Part shown: in pieces, positions 28,711 to 38,658 of the stretch
How the letters are laid out: each line of letters opens with the position of its first letter
Position numbering within the stretch: position 1 is the first letter of the stretch
Assembly (NCBI GenBank): GCA_964553615.1
Contig: CAZKMA010000001.1
Coordinates: forward strand, 14,209-78,208
Direction of reading: 5' to 3'
DNA from: an uncultured Spirochaetales bacterium
GTDB lineage: Bacteria > Spirochaetota > Spirochaetia > DSM-27196 > DATKUC01
DNA length: 64,000 bases
The notes under the pieces: generated by a model
The model's input: only the letters and a program-made list of their open reading frames with translations
Told to the model about the DNA's origin: nothing
Database searches by the model: none
Program-made: the position numbers and the translations under genes

Positions 28711-29616
28711 GTGGCGGGGCTCGCCGTGCTTGCAGTACTTGCCGTACTCTCGCAGGGGAAGCCGTCCGCCTCTTCGGGCAATTCGAGCAGTCAGCCAAAA
28801 TCTCAGACTCAGTCGTCGGCGAAGACCGCTACTGGAGGAAATTCGTCCACACAACCGGTGAATGAGGCTTCGACTGGTACGACCCAGTCAACCGCTGAGT
28901 CTCCCGGGAATGGGTCAATCCTGCCTACCGGAAGCGGTCAGGCTTCCGGTGTGGCAAGTGTCGAGAACGTGAACGAAAAGAATCTCACCTTCAAGAGCGG
29001 TCCTTCGCAGTCGCCCGCGACAAGTGCCGGGCCAGTTGTAGCCGCGTTCGGAATCTGGGATCTGGTTCGCATGGTTCTTATCCTCGGCATCGTGGTGGGG
29101 TTAATCTATGGAGTCTTCTATCTTCTGAAACGCGGTGCCGGCGGCCGATTACCGGAATCAAATTCGATGCGGGTTCTCGGAAACCTGCAACTTCCGGGAA
29201 ACCGTACACTGCACCTTGTGGAGGCCGGGCGACAGGTGTTCCTTGTTGGCGGCGGCGAACATGGCGTTTCGCTCATCTCCGAAATAACCGATCAGGAAAG
29301 TCTCGACGATATCCATCTCAAGTACCAGACCGCTTCACCGGGAATACGTCGAAATTTTTCCGAACTTCTATCCGGCGTGCTCGCGAGTGCCGGGCTATCC
29401 CATCGGAGCAACGCGGCAGTTTCTGCAGAAGCTGCCGCCGAGGGGACCGGAAACGGCCAGCGTCCGAGAAGTAGCGTCCAGCACGCATCAAGTTCATCCA
29501 TGGCCGATGAGCCGGAGCTCTGGTCTCCGCAGAACGGCGACACGTCGAAGATAACACATGGTCCGGTCGATTTTCTGCGTCAGCAGCGGGACCGGCTGAA
29601 GCGGCTGCAGGAATAA
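28711..29616 (+). CDS. fliO: Flagellar export protein FliO (FliZ), long form
   Basis: Conserved FliO TM plus basic motif (LVRMVLILGIVVGLIYGVFYLLKRG) and following region (MRVLGNLQLPGNRTLHLVEAGRQVFLVG). Position before fliP. True start may be upstream at 28687 (see findings). Confidence 0.65.
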   Translation: MAGLAVLAVLAVLSQGKPSASSGNSSSQPKSQTQSSAKTATGGNSSTQPVNEASTGTTQSTAESPGNGSILPTGSGQASGVASVENVNEKNLTFKSGPSQSPATSAGPVVAAFGIWDLVRMVLILGIVVGLIYGVFYLLKRGAGGRLPESNSMRVLGNLQLPGNRTLHLVEAGRQVFLVGGGEHGVSLISEITDQESLDDIHLKYQTASPGIRRNFSELLSGVLASAGLSHRSNAAVSAEAAAEGTGNGQRPRSSVQHASSSSMADEPELWSPQNGDTSKITHGPVDFLRQQRDRLKRLQE

Positions 29617-29649
29617 GCCGACTTTTTTATTAGCCACTGGGAGGGGCAC

Positions 29650-30462
29650 ATGAAAAAGGCAGCTGCAATTGCGATCTTGGCGGTAATGCTCGCGGGCATC
29701 GCTCCGGGATCCCTCTTTGCACAGACAACACCCAGCACTACGCAACCAGGAGCGCCCGGCGGAAACGGTCTCTCTTCAATCAACATACCCTTCGTGAATC
29801 TCCAGGTAAGACAACCTCAGAACAACAAAGAGGTGGCGTTTTCCCTGCAGCTTCTTCTTATGCTTGCGGTTTTGAGCCTTGCACCGTCGGTCATAATTCT
29901 TATGACGTCGTTTCTGCGAATCGCCATCGTGTTCGACTTTGTAAAGCGCGCACTTTCGCTGCAGCAGGTTCCACCGAACCAGGTGCTGATGGGAATTGCA
30001 CTGTTCATGACGCTGTTCATCATGTGGCCCACAGTCACCGACGTCTATGACAACGCGTACAAGCCGTTTTCGGAAGGCAAGATCGGTGTGCAGGAGGCGT
30101 ACCAGCGCTTCGAGAAACCGATGCGCATCTTCATGTACCGACAGATGGCCTCGCATCCCGACAACATTGAGCTGTTCATGAACATGGCGAAGCTACCGAA
30201 GCCAAGGAATCTCGCGGATGTTCCGACCTACGTTCTGATTCCAGCATTTATTCTCAACGAGCTCACCGTAGCGTTCAAAATTGGAATTCTGCTGTTCATT
30301 CCGTTCATCGTCATAGACATGGTGGTCGCGTCTACACTGATGTCAATGGGCATGATCATGCTTCCGCCTGTCATGATCAGTCTGCCGTTCAAACTGATAC
30401 TCTTCGTACTTGTCGATGGCTGGGGGCTCATTACCCGGCAATTGGTCGCGAGTTTCTCCTAA
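29650..30462 (+). CDS. fliP: Flagellar export gate protein FliP
   Basis: Signal peptide plus FliP core (LLLMLAVLSLAPSVIILMTSFLRIAIVF, FMYRQ, GILLFIPFIVIDMVVAS). Confidence 0.96.
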   Translation: MKKAAAIAILAVMLAGIAPGSLFAQTTPSTTQPGAPGGNGLSSINIPFVNLQVRQPQNNKEVAFSLQLLLMLAVLSLAPSVIILMTSFLRIAIVFDFVKRALSLQQVPPNQVLMGIALFMTLFIMWPTVTDVYDNAYKPFSEGKIGVQEAYQRFEKPMRIFMYRQMASHPDNIELFMNMAKLPKPRNLADVPTYVLIPAFILNELTVAFKIGILLFIPFIVIDMVVASTLMSMGMIMLPPVMISLPFKLILFVLVDGWGLITRQLVASFS

Positions 30463-30504
30463 GACGGGAAGCGCGTGAGGGGCGATATTCGTGGGAGGTG
30501 ATAT

Positions 30505-30774
30505 ATGGACCTTGGTACCGCTGTTCAGTTGATGCGTGCGGGTGTTATTCAGATTCTCGTTATCAGCGCCCCCATCCTGCTAATCGGGATGGTGGTTGGT
30601 TTGATTATTTCGATTTTTCAGGCGACGACTTCCATTCAGGAGCAGACGTTGACCTTTGTACCCAAGATTGTGGCGATTTTTGCGGCCCTTCTGTTTTTCG
30701 GACCGTGGATGTTTGGTTCAATGGTACAGTTCGCGCGTCATGTGTTTGACCAGATTCCGAGCATGGTCGGGTAA
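30505..30774 (+). CDS. fliQ: Flagellar export gate protein FliQ
   Basis: 89 aa, two TMs, and the IFQATTSIQEQTLTFVPKI motif. Confidence 0.95.
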   Translation: MDLGTAVQLMRAGVIQILVISAPILLIGMVVGLIISIFQATTSIQEQTLTFVPKIVAIFAALLFFGPWMFGSMVQFARHVFDQIPSMVG

Positions 30775-30781
30775 CTAGGGA

Positions 30782-31597
30782 GTGACCCTCGGCACGCTCG
30801 CCTTGAACGCAGAGATCTTCTTTCTCATTTTTGCTCGAGTCATTGCGATGCTGGAGATTGCGCCACTTTTTTCCTCGGCGGGTGTTCCGCGTCTTGCGAA
30901 GGTCGGTCTTGCCATGGCGTGCGCCGCTTTGCTTCTCCCGTCGTTGCGTGCGGTGTACACGCCTCTCCCGAATACAGTGCTCGCGTACGTGCTTCTTCTC
31001 GTGGGAGAAGCACTCGTCGGCGTTATTACGTCGTTCTACCTTACAGTTATCTATGCGGCGTTCCAGGTTGCCGGAGAATTCTTCTCGCTCCAGATGGGTT
31101 TTGGTGCATCCTCGGTCTTTGATCCGCTTGCGCAGGTGGAAATCCCGATCATGGGTCAGTTCTTTAATCTCGCTGCAATGTTTGTCTTCCTTTCGGTGGG
31201 TGGTTTCCAGAAACTATTTCTGACAGGAGTAATTGGTTCCTTCCATGCAATGCGGGCAATAGACTTTGCAACCTATCACAGCGATTTTGTATCTCTTCTC
31301 CTCGGGAGCCTGTCGCGACTTTTCGAACAGGCGCTCATTATTTCCCTGCCCATACTGGGAACGTTGTTCCTCGTTGAGGTGGTAATGGGTCTCCTTGCAA
31401 AGGCCGCCCCCCAGCTGAACCTGCTGATGCTCGGATTTCCGCTCGCAATCATCATGGCCTTTGTGATGATACTGCTGTCGCTTCCAATGATCCTGAGTTT
31501 CTTCGGGAACATCATCGATCTCGGATTCGAGGAAATCACCGGCATGTTTACCCGGATTCACGCGTCCGCGGTGGGCGCGGTCGGAGGAGGACAATGA
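30782..31597 (+). CDS. fliR: Flagellar export gate protein FliR
   Basis: 271 aa polytopic protein of the FliR family (AFQVAGEFFSLQMGFG, APQLNLLMLGFPL). Confidence 0.93.
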   Translation: MTLGTLALNAEIFFLIFARVIAMLEIAPLFSSAGVPRLAKVGLAMACAALLLPSLRAVYTPLPNTVLAYVLLLVGEALVGVITSFYLTVIYAAFQVAGEFFSLQMGFGASSVFDPLAQVEIPIMGQFFNLAAMFVFLSVGGFQKLFLTGVIGSFHAMRAIDFATYHSDFVSLLLGSLSRLFEQALIISLPILGTLFLVEVVMGLLAKAAPQLNLLMLGFPLAIIMAFVMILLSLPMILSFFGNIIDLGFEEITGMFTRIHASAVGAVGGGQ

Positions 31598-32811
31598 CCA
31601 TGCTGATGGTGGAGCCACAGAGGTTGAGTCGGGAAGAGGACAACCTCCTGATCCGGCAACTCGCGGCCGTTCATCTGCAATGGTTTGCAGCGGAGGATGA
31701 AGGGCGGACCGAGGAACCGACCGAGCACAAGATTCAGAAGGCGCGTGAAGATGGAAAGGTCGCGAAGTCCCAGGATGTGACCCAATCGATCGTTCTCCTA
31801 TTTACCGTTGTTCTGCTCGGAATTATCGGCAAGTACTTCCTGGGCACCATGGCCGATATGGTGCATTACTTTATCTCACGGGCTGCGACTGTCGATCCAA
31901 CAGTGGATTTTATCCTCGGACAGGCGTTCATCTCCTATTTTATACGGTTGGTCTGGCCCATTGCCGCAGTCGCATTCGTTGCCGCCCTGCTCGGGAATTT
32001 TCTGCAGGTTGGATTTCTCTTTACGACCAAACCCATTACGCCGGACTTCAATCGGGTGGCGCCGCGAATCGGAAAATGGCTGGAGCGCTCCCTGTTCTCG
32101 ACCGAAGCGGTCTATAATCTCGGGAAATCGATCGGGAAGATCATCATTATCATTGGAATTGCGGTGGTGAATATTACGGGTGCAATCGGAAAGCTCGTGA
32201 CGCTGCTCATGGTTCCGTTCCTGCAAGCGGTTTCGATTATCGCGTCTCTGGCTTTTACTATTCTCCTGGAGTCGTCGATAGTGCTGCTGGTTCTCTCAGT
32301 TGTGGACTATTTCTTTCAACGACGGCAGCATATGGAGTCGTTGAAGATGAGCAAGCAGGAGGTAAAAGAAGAACGGCGGATGTATGAGGGAGACCCGCAA
32401 GTCAAGGGCAGACTCCGAAAGAGAATGCAGGAGTTGCTCAGCCGGAACCTTGCTCAGAAGATTCCCGAAGCAGACGTGGTTGTCACCAACCCGACGCACT
32501 ATGCCGTTGTTCTTGAATACAAGCGCGAGTACATGCTCGCGCCAACCGTCACGGCGAAAGGTGCGGACAACATTGCCTTGCGCATTCGTGAATTGGCGGC
32601 AGAACATGCGGTGCCACTCATTGAAAATCGTCCCCTGGCAAGAGCGCTGTACGCCGATGTTGAAATCGGAGACGAGATTCCGGAGAAATACTATGAAGCG
32701 GTCGTGGCAGTATTGAAACAGGTTTATCGTATGAACGGTGGTCCCGACCGAGCCTCGCGGCGGTCGGTCGGCGCAGCCGCACAACGTTCGGCCGGTCAGA
32801 CGGTCGGCTGA
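31594..32811 (+). CDS. flhB: Flagellar export switch protein FlhB
   Basis: LQWFAAEDEGRTEEPTEHKIQKAREDGKVAKS N-terminus. NPTH autocleavage site (VVVTNPTHYAV). ATGA overlap with fliR. Confidence 0.95.
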   Translation: MTMLMVEPQRLSREEDNLLIRQLAAVHLQWFAAEDEGRTEEPTEHKIQKAREDGKVAKSQDVTQSIVLLFTVVLLGIIGKYFLGTMADMVHYFISRAATVDPTVDFILGQAFISYFIRLVWPIAAVAFVAALLGNFLQVGFLFTTKPITPDFNRVAPRIGKWLERSLFSTEAVYNLGKSIGKIIIIIGIAVVNITGAIGKLVTLLMVPFLQAVSIIASLAFTILLESSIVLLVLSVVDYFFQRRQHMESLKMSKQEVKEERRMYEGDPQVKGRLRKRMQELLSRNLAQKIPEADVVVTNPTHYAVVLEYKREYMLAPTVTAKGADNIALRIRELAAEHAVPLIENRPLARALYADVEIGDEIPEKYYEAVVAVLKQVYRMNGGPDRASRRSVGAAAQRSAGQTVG

Positions 32812-32822
32812 AGGAGTAATCG

Positions 32823-34913
32823 ATGGCTGATGTACGGACTCTTTTCGGAGCCTCTTTTCTGAAACAGAAGAGCGACTTCTTCGTCGCCATTGGTGTCATA
32901 GTGGTCGTGATGATGCTCATCATTCCACTTCCGGCAGTCCTGCTGGATACGCTAATGGCATTCAACATTATACTCTCGTTGCTGACCATACTCATTGTTC
33001 TGTACACGAAACGAGCGCTCGAGTTCTCAATATTTCCTACTCTTCTTCTGGTCACCACGGTCTACGGGCTTGCACTGAATGTCTCTTCCACGCGGCTCAT
33101 CCTTTCTCAGGGCAGCCATTTCGGCGGAAAGATTGTTCGTGCTTTTGCACGATTTGTCGTCGGGACCGACGGAACTCAGGGTCTGGTAATCGGATTGATC
33201 ATCTTCATTATTCTGATTGCCGTTCAATTTATCGTTATTACCAAGGGTGCAACCCGCGTAGCCGAGGTTGCAGCGCGGTTCACCCTGGATGCGTTGCCGG
33301 GAAAGCAGATGGCTATAGAGGCCGAGTATAATTCCGGAGCAATTACCGAAGAAGAGGCGATGCGGCGGAAGAACGACTTGCAGCGGGAAGTCGATTTCTA
33401 CGGGGCAATGGATGGTGCCTCGAAGTTTGTTTCAGGCAACGTCAAGGTCGGCATCTTCATTACCCTGGTAAACATGGTGGGAGGTATCATCGTTGGAATG
33501 ACGCTCCACGGTGAGCCGTTCCAGAACGCAATAAATACCTACACCAGCCTGACCATCGGAGATGGCCTTGTTACACAGTTTCCAGCGCTTCTGGTCTCGA
33601 CTGCAACCGGTCTGATCGTTACCCGGGCAATTTCCGATGGGACCTTTGGAGAGGATGTCACACAACAGTTCTCGGCCCAATCCCGGGTCTACTGGATTGC
33701 CGCCGGGTTTCTGCTCCTCCTTGCCTTTCTACCGGGTTTCCCGTGGTATGTGCTTGTCCCCATGGCCGGATTGTTCGCCTTCCTTGCGGTCAGGCTTACG
33801 CAGAGGCAGATAGCGAAAGAACGAGCAGACGAAGAGGCAAAGTCCGGAGAGAAAACCGCTGAAGGTGCTCCAACTGAAGTCTCGCCTGTGGCACCGCTCG
33901 ATCCGATCTCTCTCGAATTGGGATACGGTCTCGTGCCCCTGGTAGACAAGGATCAGGGAGCAGAGCTGCTCGATCGGGTCACACGAATACGCCGTGAGGT
34001 TGCTCTCGACATGGGCCTCGTCGTGCCGCGCATCCGAATTATTGACAACATGCGGCTCGAACCCTCGGAGTACTGCATAAAGATACGGGGAGTGGAGGTC
34101 GGACGCGGTGTCATTCGACTCGGGCATTATCTGTCAATAAATCCTGGGGGCGAAAAGGAAGAAATTCCGGGAGAGAAGACGAAAGATCCCGCATTCGATC
34201 TTCCGGCTCAGTGGATAACTGAGGAGTATCGGGAGCAGGCCGAACGGTCCGGATATACCGTTGTCGACGCCCCTTCAATTGTTGCCACGCACCTGACGGA
34301 AGTCATCAAGAGGCATTCATCCGAGATTCTCGGGCGTCAGGAGGTGAAGTCGATTCTCGACACGCTGAAGAGAGACTATCCGGCCGTAGTTGAAGAGGTG
34401 CAAGGCTCGCTCTCCCTGGGAGACATCCAGAAGGTTCTTCAGGGATTGCTCAAGGAACAAGTGTCCATTCGGAACATGGTGGTCATATTGGAAACGCTTG
34501 CCGACTATGGTACAATCACCAAGGACACTGGGTATCTCATTGAGAAGGCTCGTCAGGGTCTGGCGAGGCAAATCTGTCTCCAATATGCAGATGATGATAA
34601 GCGGCTTTCGGTAATTACCGTCAATCCGCAGCTGGAACAGAACATCATCGACTCTCGCGTCGAGACTTCCGGTGGAGTCATTCCAGCACTGAAGCCCGAA
34701 GTCCAGAGAAAGTGGATAAACGCGGTGACGAACATGGTTCGTCGAGTACAGGAGCAGGGCCTGTATCCCATTATTCTGTGCTCGGAAGCAGCGCGGCCGC
34801 TTGTCAAAGCCAGCACCGTACGCGAGATACCCGATCTGGTAATCCTTTCGGTGTCTGAAATCATACCCGATGTCCGTGTTGAAGGGGTCGGAGAAATAAA
34901 GCTCGATGGATGA
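32823..34913 (+). CDS. flhA: Flagellar export apparatus protein FlhA
   Basis: 696 aa with the FHIPEP family N-terminal TM domain (RFTLDALPGKQMAIEAEYNSG, AMDGASKFV.GN) and a cytoplasmic ring domain. Confidence 0.97.
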   Translation: MADVRTLFGASFLKQKSDFFVAIGVIVVVMMLIIPLPAVLLDTLMAFNIILSLLTILIVLYTKRALEFSIFPTLLLVTTVYGLALNVSSTRLILSQGSHFGGKIVRAFARFVVGTDGTQGLVIGLIIFIILIAVQFIVITKGATRVAEVAARFTLDALPGKQMAIEAEYNSGAITEEEAMRRKNDLQREVDFYGAMDGASKFVSGNVKVGIFITLVNMVGGIIVGMTLHGEPFQNAINTYTSLTIGDGLVTQFPALLVSTATGLIVTRAISDGTFGEDVTQQFSAQSRVYWIAAGFLLLLAFLPGFPWYVLVPMAGLFAFLAVRLTQRQIAKERADEEAKSGEKTAEGAPTEVSPVAPLDPISLELGYGLVPLVDKDQGAELLDRVTRIRREVALDMGLVVPRIRIIDNMRLEPSEYCIKIRGVEVGRGVIRLGHYLSINPGGEKEEIPGEKTKDPAFDLPAQWITEEYREQAERSGYTVVDAPSIVATHLTEVIKRHSSEILGRQEVKSILDTLKRDYPAVVEEVQGSLSLGDIQKVLQGLLKEQVSIRNMVVILETLADYGTITKDTGYLIEKARQGLARQICLQYADDDKRLSVITVNPQLEQNIIDSRVETSGGVIPALKPEVQRKWINAVTNMVRRVQEQGLYPIILCSEAARPLVKASTVREIPDLVILSVSEIIPDVRVEGVGEIKLDG

Positions 34914-34918
34914 GGTAG

Positions 34919-36121
34919 GTGCGGATGGAATACTTCGTTGAACAGGCCCCGACCCATCGCGAAGCTCTGGACAGGGTCCGGACTAAGTATGGGGAAAGCG
35001 CTCGAGTTCTGTCACACAAGACAGTACGCCTGGGTGGGTTTCTCGGGTTCTTTGCACGGGAGGGAGTAGAGGTGACGGGATATTACTCCTACGAGCCCGT
35101 AAAGCGGAAGCCGCTGGACATTGAAGAGGAGAAAAAAAAGATCCTCAATGCGGTGAAATCCGAGAAGACCATAGATCTTGTCCTGAAAGAAATCCAATCC
35201 ATCAAGGAACAGATTACCAACGACCAGAATAGGAACGGGCAACACGTGCGGCAGGATTCTGTTCATCCGACGCTCAAACAGGTCGAGGCCCTGCTTGTTA
35301 AGAATGATTTTACACCGCAGTACACTGAGCAGATGCTTGCCCGGATGCGGTCGGAGCTTTCAGTGCAGGACCTTGAAGATCCCGCAAAGGCGCTCGATCA
35401 TATGGTGGAGTGGATAGGGGAAACAATCCGCATTCACGATCCGGTACCGGAGGTGAGTCCGGAGCAGACAGTGCGTCCGAACAGCGCACCCGTTGTCTTC
35501 ATACTCGTCGGCCCGACCGGCGTGGGCAAAACAACGACAATTGCCAAACTCTCAGCAATGTACGGGATAACCGGCGCTCAGAAAAGGTCGTCCCAGGTCC
35601 GAATACTTACCATCGACAACTATCGAATTGGCGCCAAGCAACAGATCGAGATTTATGGTGAGATCATGGGGATTCCCGTTGCATTTGTTGAATCCCCGCA
35701 GGACCTGAAGAAATACCTGGATCTGTACACCGATGTCGATCTGATTTTCGTGGACACGATCGGGAAGAGCCCGAAAGATTTCTCCAAGCTCGGCGAAATG
35801 CGCGAGCTTCTGCAGCAGTGTGGTTCCGGCAGCAGCGTGCACCTGGCGCTCAGTGCCACGACCAAGAGTGGAGACGTGTACGAGATCCTTCGTCAGTTCG
35901 AACCGTTCAACTATGAGTCGGTAATCCTGACAAAGCTGGATGAGACTACGCGGATCGGGAACATAATCAGTATCTTGTCGGAAAAGCAAAAACCGATTTC
36001 CTTCGTTACCGACGGGCAGGGAGTGCCTCAGGATATCTCCCGGGCGTCTGTTATGAAACTTCTGATGAATCTGGACGGCTTCCGCATTAACCGCGACCGG
36101 TTGGAAGCTCGGTTTGGCTAA
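34919..36121 (+). CDS. flhF: Flagellar biosynthesis SRP-type GTPase FlhF
   Basis: [35 protein letters not shown] and LTKLDET motifs. Start is GTG 34919 or ATG 34925. Confidence 0.92.
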   Translation: MRMEYFVEQAPTHREALDRVRTKYGESARVLSHKTVRLGGFLGFFAREGVEVTGYYSYEPVKRKPLDIEEEKKKILNAVKSEKTIDLVLKEIQSIKEQITNDQNRNGQHVRQDSVHPTLKQVEALLVKNDFTPQYTEQMLARMRSELSVQDLEDPAKALDHMVEWIGETIRIHDPVPEVSPEQTVRPNSAPVVFILVGPTGVGKTTTIAKLSAMYGITGAQKRSSQVRILTIDNYRIGAKQQIEIYGEIMGIPVAFVESPQDLKKYLDLYTDVDLIFVDTIGKSPKDFSKLGEMRELLQQCGSGSSVHLALSATTKSGDVYEILRQFEPFNYESVILTKLDETTRIGNIISILSEKQKPISFVTDGQGVPQDISRASVMKLLMNLDGFRINRDRLEARFG

Positions 36122-37049
36122 AGATCTTGAGGCGGAGAGGGACATGGCAGATCAGGCCGAAACATTGCGGGAGATGATGAAAAAGAAGCCGGCCGGCGAT
36201 GCCGCGGCGGGCGGTCGTAACGACGGGAAGGGTTCGGATGGCAACAAGACCCGAATAATAGCCATTGCAAGTGGGAAGGGCGGCGTCGGAAAGACGAATA
36301 TTGCCACGAATATGGCAATCGCATATGCCCGAATCGGGAAACGCGTAATCCTGATGGACGCCGACCTGGGTCTTGCGAATGTGAACGTCGTATTGGGGAT
36401 TATCCCGAAGTACAACCTGTATCACTTGATTCGGAAGCAGAAGACGATGAGGGAGATCCTGATGGATACCAGCTACGGTATCCAGATAGTCGCCGGGGCC
36501 AGTGGTTTTGCCAAAATTGCAAACCTTTCGGAGGAAGAACGGCAAATCTTCATTCACGAATTGTCTGAACTCTCCAGCGCAGACGTCATTATCATTGATA
36601 CAAGCGCCGGTGTTTCGAACAATGTGCTTTCGTTCATAGCGGCGGCGGACGAGGCAATTATTGTGACAACTCCGGAGCCAACCGCCATTACCGACGCGTA
36701 CGGGATTATCAAGATTATTGCCACCGAGATAGACAATCTGAGTCTCAATCTCAAGCTCATTGTCAATCGAGTTCGTTCAGTAACCGAGGGAAAGAAGGTA
36801 GCGGAGCGGGTAATCAATATTGCCGGACAGTTTCTGAACCTGAAGGTGGACTATCTTGGCTACGTCTATGACGATCCGGCTGTTCATCAGGCTGTTCTCC
36901 GTCAGCGTCCTTTTCTTGCCATGGATGCCAAGGGCAAGGCATCTATCTGTGTTCAGCATATGGTCGGACGTCTGGAGAAGGTGAGTGTCGGCGAAAATGG
37001 TGGAATTGGGCGATTTCTGCGGAAATTGCTCGGCAAGCAGGGAGGATAG
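36114..37049 (+). CDS. flhG: Flagellar number/placement regulator FlhG (MinD/ParA-type ATPase, YlxH)
   Basis: Deviant Walker A IASGKGGVGKTN. MinD-like core. Follows flhF with an 8-nt overlap. Confidence 0.9.
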   Translation: MAKDLEAERDMADQAETLREMMKKKPAGDAAAGGRNDGKGSDGNKTRIIAIASGKGGVGKTNIATNMAIAYARIGKRVILMDADLGLANVNVVLGIIPKYNLYHLIRKQKTMREILMDTSYGIQIVAGASGFAKIANLSEEERQIFIHELSELSSADVIIIDTSAGVSNNVLSFIAAADEAIIVTTPEPTAITDAYGIIKIIATEIDNLSLNLKLIVNRVRSVTEGKKVAERVINIAGQFLNLKVDYLGYVYDDPAVHQAVLRQRPFLAMDAKGKASICVQHMVGRLEKVSVGENGGIGRFLRKLLGKQGG

Positions 37050-37066
37050 CGCGAGGGGCGATTCTG

Positions 37067-37840
37067 TTGACGGGCATAGATATTTGGCCTAAGCTGTACG
37101 TGGGAATAGTAAACTGGGGTATTATGGAAGCGAATTGGAGAGTAAGCGCCGTTTTCGCGGGAGCGGCCTTCATCCTGTCCATATTGATTGGGGCGATAGC
37201 CGGCGTCGGCTTTGGCCTGGTACTCCTGCGCGCGATAGTCGGTGCCGTAGCCTTCGGAATTGTCGGTGCCGTCGTTTCCCTCATCATTGCCAGATACCTG
37301 CCGGAGCTCGGGAGTCTGCTCGGCAGCACACCGGGCCAATCCACCGAAAACAAAGATGAAATCGGTAAGACGGTCAATATTGTTCTTCCGGAAGAAAGCA
37401 ATGACTTGAACTATCGCCCATCGTCCATGGAAGACGGTATCGGCGAGTATGATTCCGACGACGGAGAAGAGCGCAGTCTCGGAGGAGATGCGCTCGTCGA
37501 AGAGGTTGAAGAGCTTGCATCCGGAGATGAAGGAAGCGAAGACAACGAACTCACGGAAGCCGACGAGGTTTCCGAACGCCGCCGTTTCGAATCCGCCGGT
37601 GCGGAAGAAATAGTGAGCGATCGGGAGACTGTAGAGCTGCTCGAGTCGGGAGATGAAAGTTTGCCGGATATTGCCGGATTGTCCGGGTCCTTTACCGAAG
37701 GACCGGAATCGGCAGTGCCGGCGCGGGATGGCTTCGGCGCGGGACCGACGCGCGGGAATAGCTCGTCTGGTATCGACCCGGGAGACCCGGAAACCATTGC
37801 ACGAGCATTGCGGACGGTATTGAAACGGGACGAGTCGTAG
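37067..37840 (+). CDS. Hypothetical membrane protein: two N-terminal TMs plus a long acidic, probably disordered tail
   Basis: Gly/Ala-rich TM pair (AVFAGAAFILSILIGAIAGVGFGLVLL; AIVGAVAFGIVGAVVSLIIARYL). About 170 aa of D/E/S-rich sequence follows. Start is ambiguous (TTG 37067 or ATG 37124). Lies between flhG and fliA. Confidence 0.55.
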   Translation: MTGIDIWPKLYVGIVNWGIMEANWRVSAVFAGAAFILSILIGAIAGVGFGLVLLRAIVGAVAFGIVGAVVSLIIARYLPELGSLLGSTPGQSTENKDEIGKTVNIVLPEESNDLNYRPSSMEDGIGEYDSDDGEERSLGGDALVEEVEELASGDEGSEDNELTEADEVSERRRFESAGAEEIVSDRETVELLESGDESLPDIAGLSGSFTEGPESAVPARDGFGAGPTRGNSSSGIDPGDPETIARALRTVLKRDES

Positions 37841-37861
37841 GTAAGAAAGGAAAGGAACGGT

Positions 37862-38650
37862 ATGGGCGACAACGTGCTGGCGGAAATGACTGAGGAGCAA
37901 CTCTGGCGAAAATACCGCAAGACGCGTAATCCGGAAATCCGTGATGCTCTCGTGAAACAGTATGCTCCGCTGGTGAAGTATGTGGCGGGGAAGGTCGCCA
38001 TTGGGATGCCGCACAATGTCGAGTTCGATGATCTGGTGGGATACGGAGTATTCGGGCTTTTTGATGCGATAGAGAAGTTCGACCCGGAGAAGCACGTCAA
38101 GTTCAAGACGTACGCGGTTACCCGAATACGCGGTGCGATATTCGATGAGTTGCGGTCAATAGACTGGGTGCCGCGCTCGATTCGGCAGAAAAGCAGGGAA
38201 ATTGAGGAAACCGTTCGCCGACTCGAGGCAAGCCTTGGACGTTCTGCAACGGACCGGGAAATTGCCCGGGCGCTGAACATGACCGTACGCGAGTTCGAGA
38301 AACTCATGCTGAAGATCAGCGGAACGTCCATCCTTTCCCTCAATGATGTCTGGTACACAGGCGACGACAACGACAAAGTCTCAATCGCAGACAGCATTGA
38401 ATCACCGCAGAGCCTGAATCCCGACACCATTGTCGAAAAAGATGAGATCCGGCAGGTCATTATTCGATCGATCAATGAGCTTCCGGAAAAGGAAAAGAAG
38501 GTTCTCATTCTTTACTATTACGAGGACCTTACGCTGAAGGAAATCGGCCAGGTGCTCGAAGTCACGGAGTCGCGCATATCTCAACTGCATACAAAGGCGA
38601 TCATGCGTCTTCGGGCAAAACTTACAAACATCCGTAAGGGCATTATGTAG
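37862..38650 (+). CDS. fliA: Flagellar RNA polymerase sigma factor FliA (sigma-28 / SigD / WhiG family)
   Basis: Region 2 ([46 protein letters not shown]). Region 4 HTH ([29 protein letters not shown]). Confidence 0.94.
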   Translation: MGDNVLAEMTEEQLWRKYRKTRNPEIRDALVKQYAPLVKYVAGKVAIGMPHNVEFDDLVGYGVFGLFDAIEKFDPEKHVKFKTYAVTRIRGAIFDELRSIDWVPRSIRQKSREIEETVRRLEASLGRSATDREIARALNMTVREFEKLMLKISGTSILSLNDVWYTGDDNDKVSIADSIESPQSLNPDTIVEKDEIRQVIIRSINELPEKEKKVLILYYYEDLTLKEIGQVLEVTESRISQLHTKAIMRLRAKLTNIRKGIM

Positions 38651-38658
38651 TTGGCTAT

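Noticed and set aside
36953-38508. Two long minus-strand ORFs (380 aa and 365 aa) opposite flhG, the acidic membrane protein and fliA
   Set aside because: They are antisense to fliA (clear sigma-28 regions 2 and 4) and flhG. Their S/R/P-rich translations mirror the acidic codons of the + strand gene. They are shadow ORFs.
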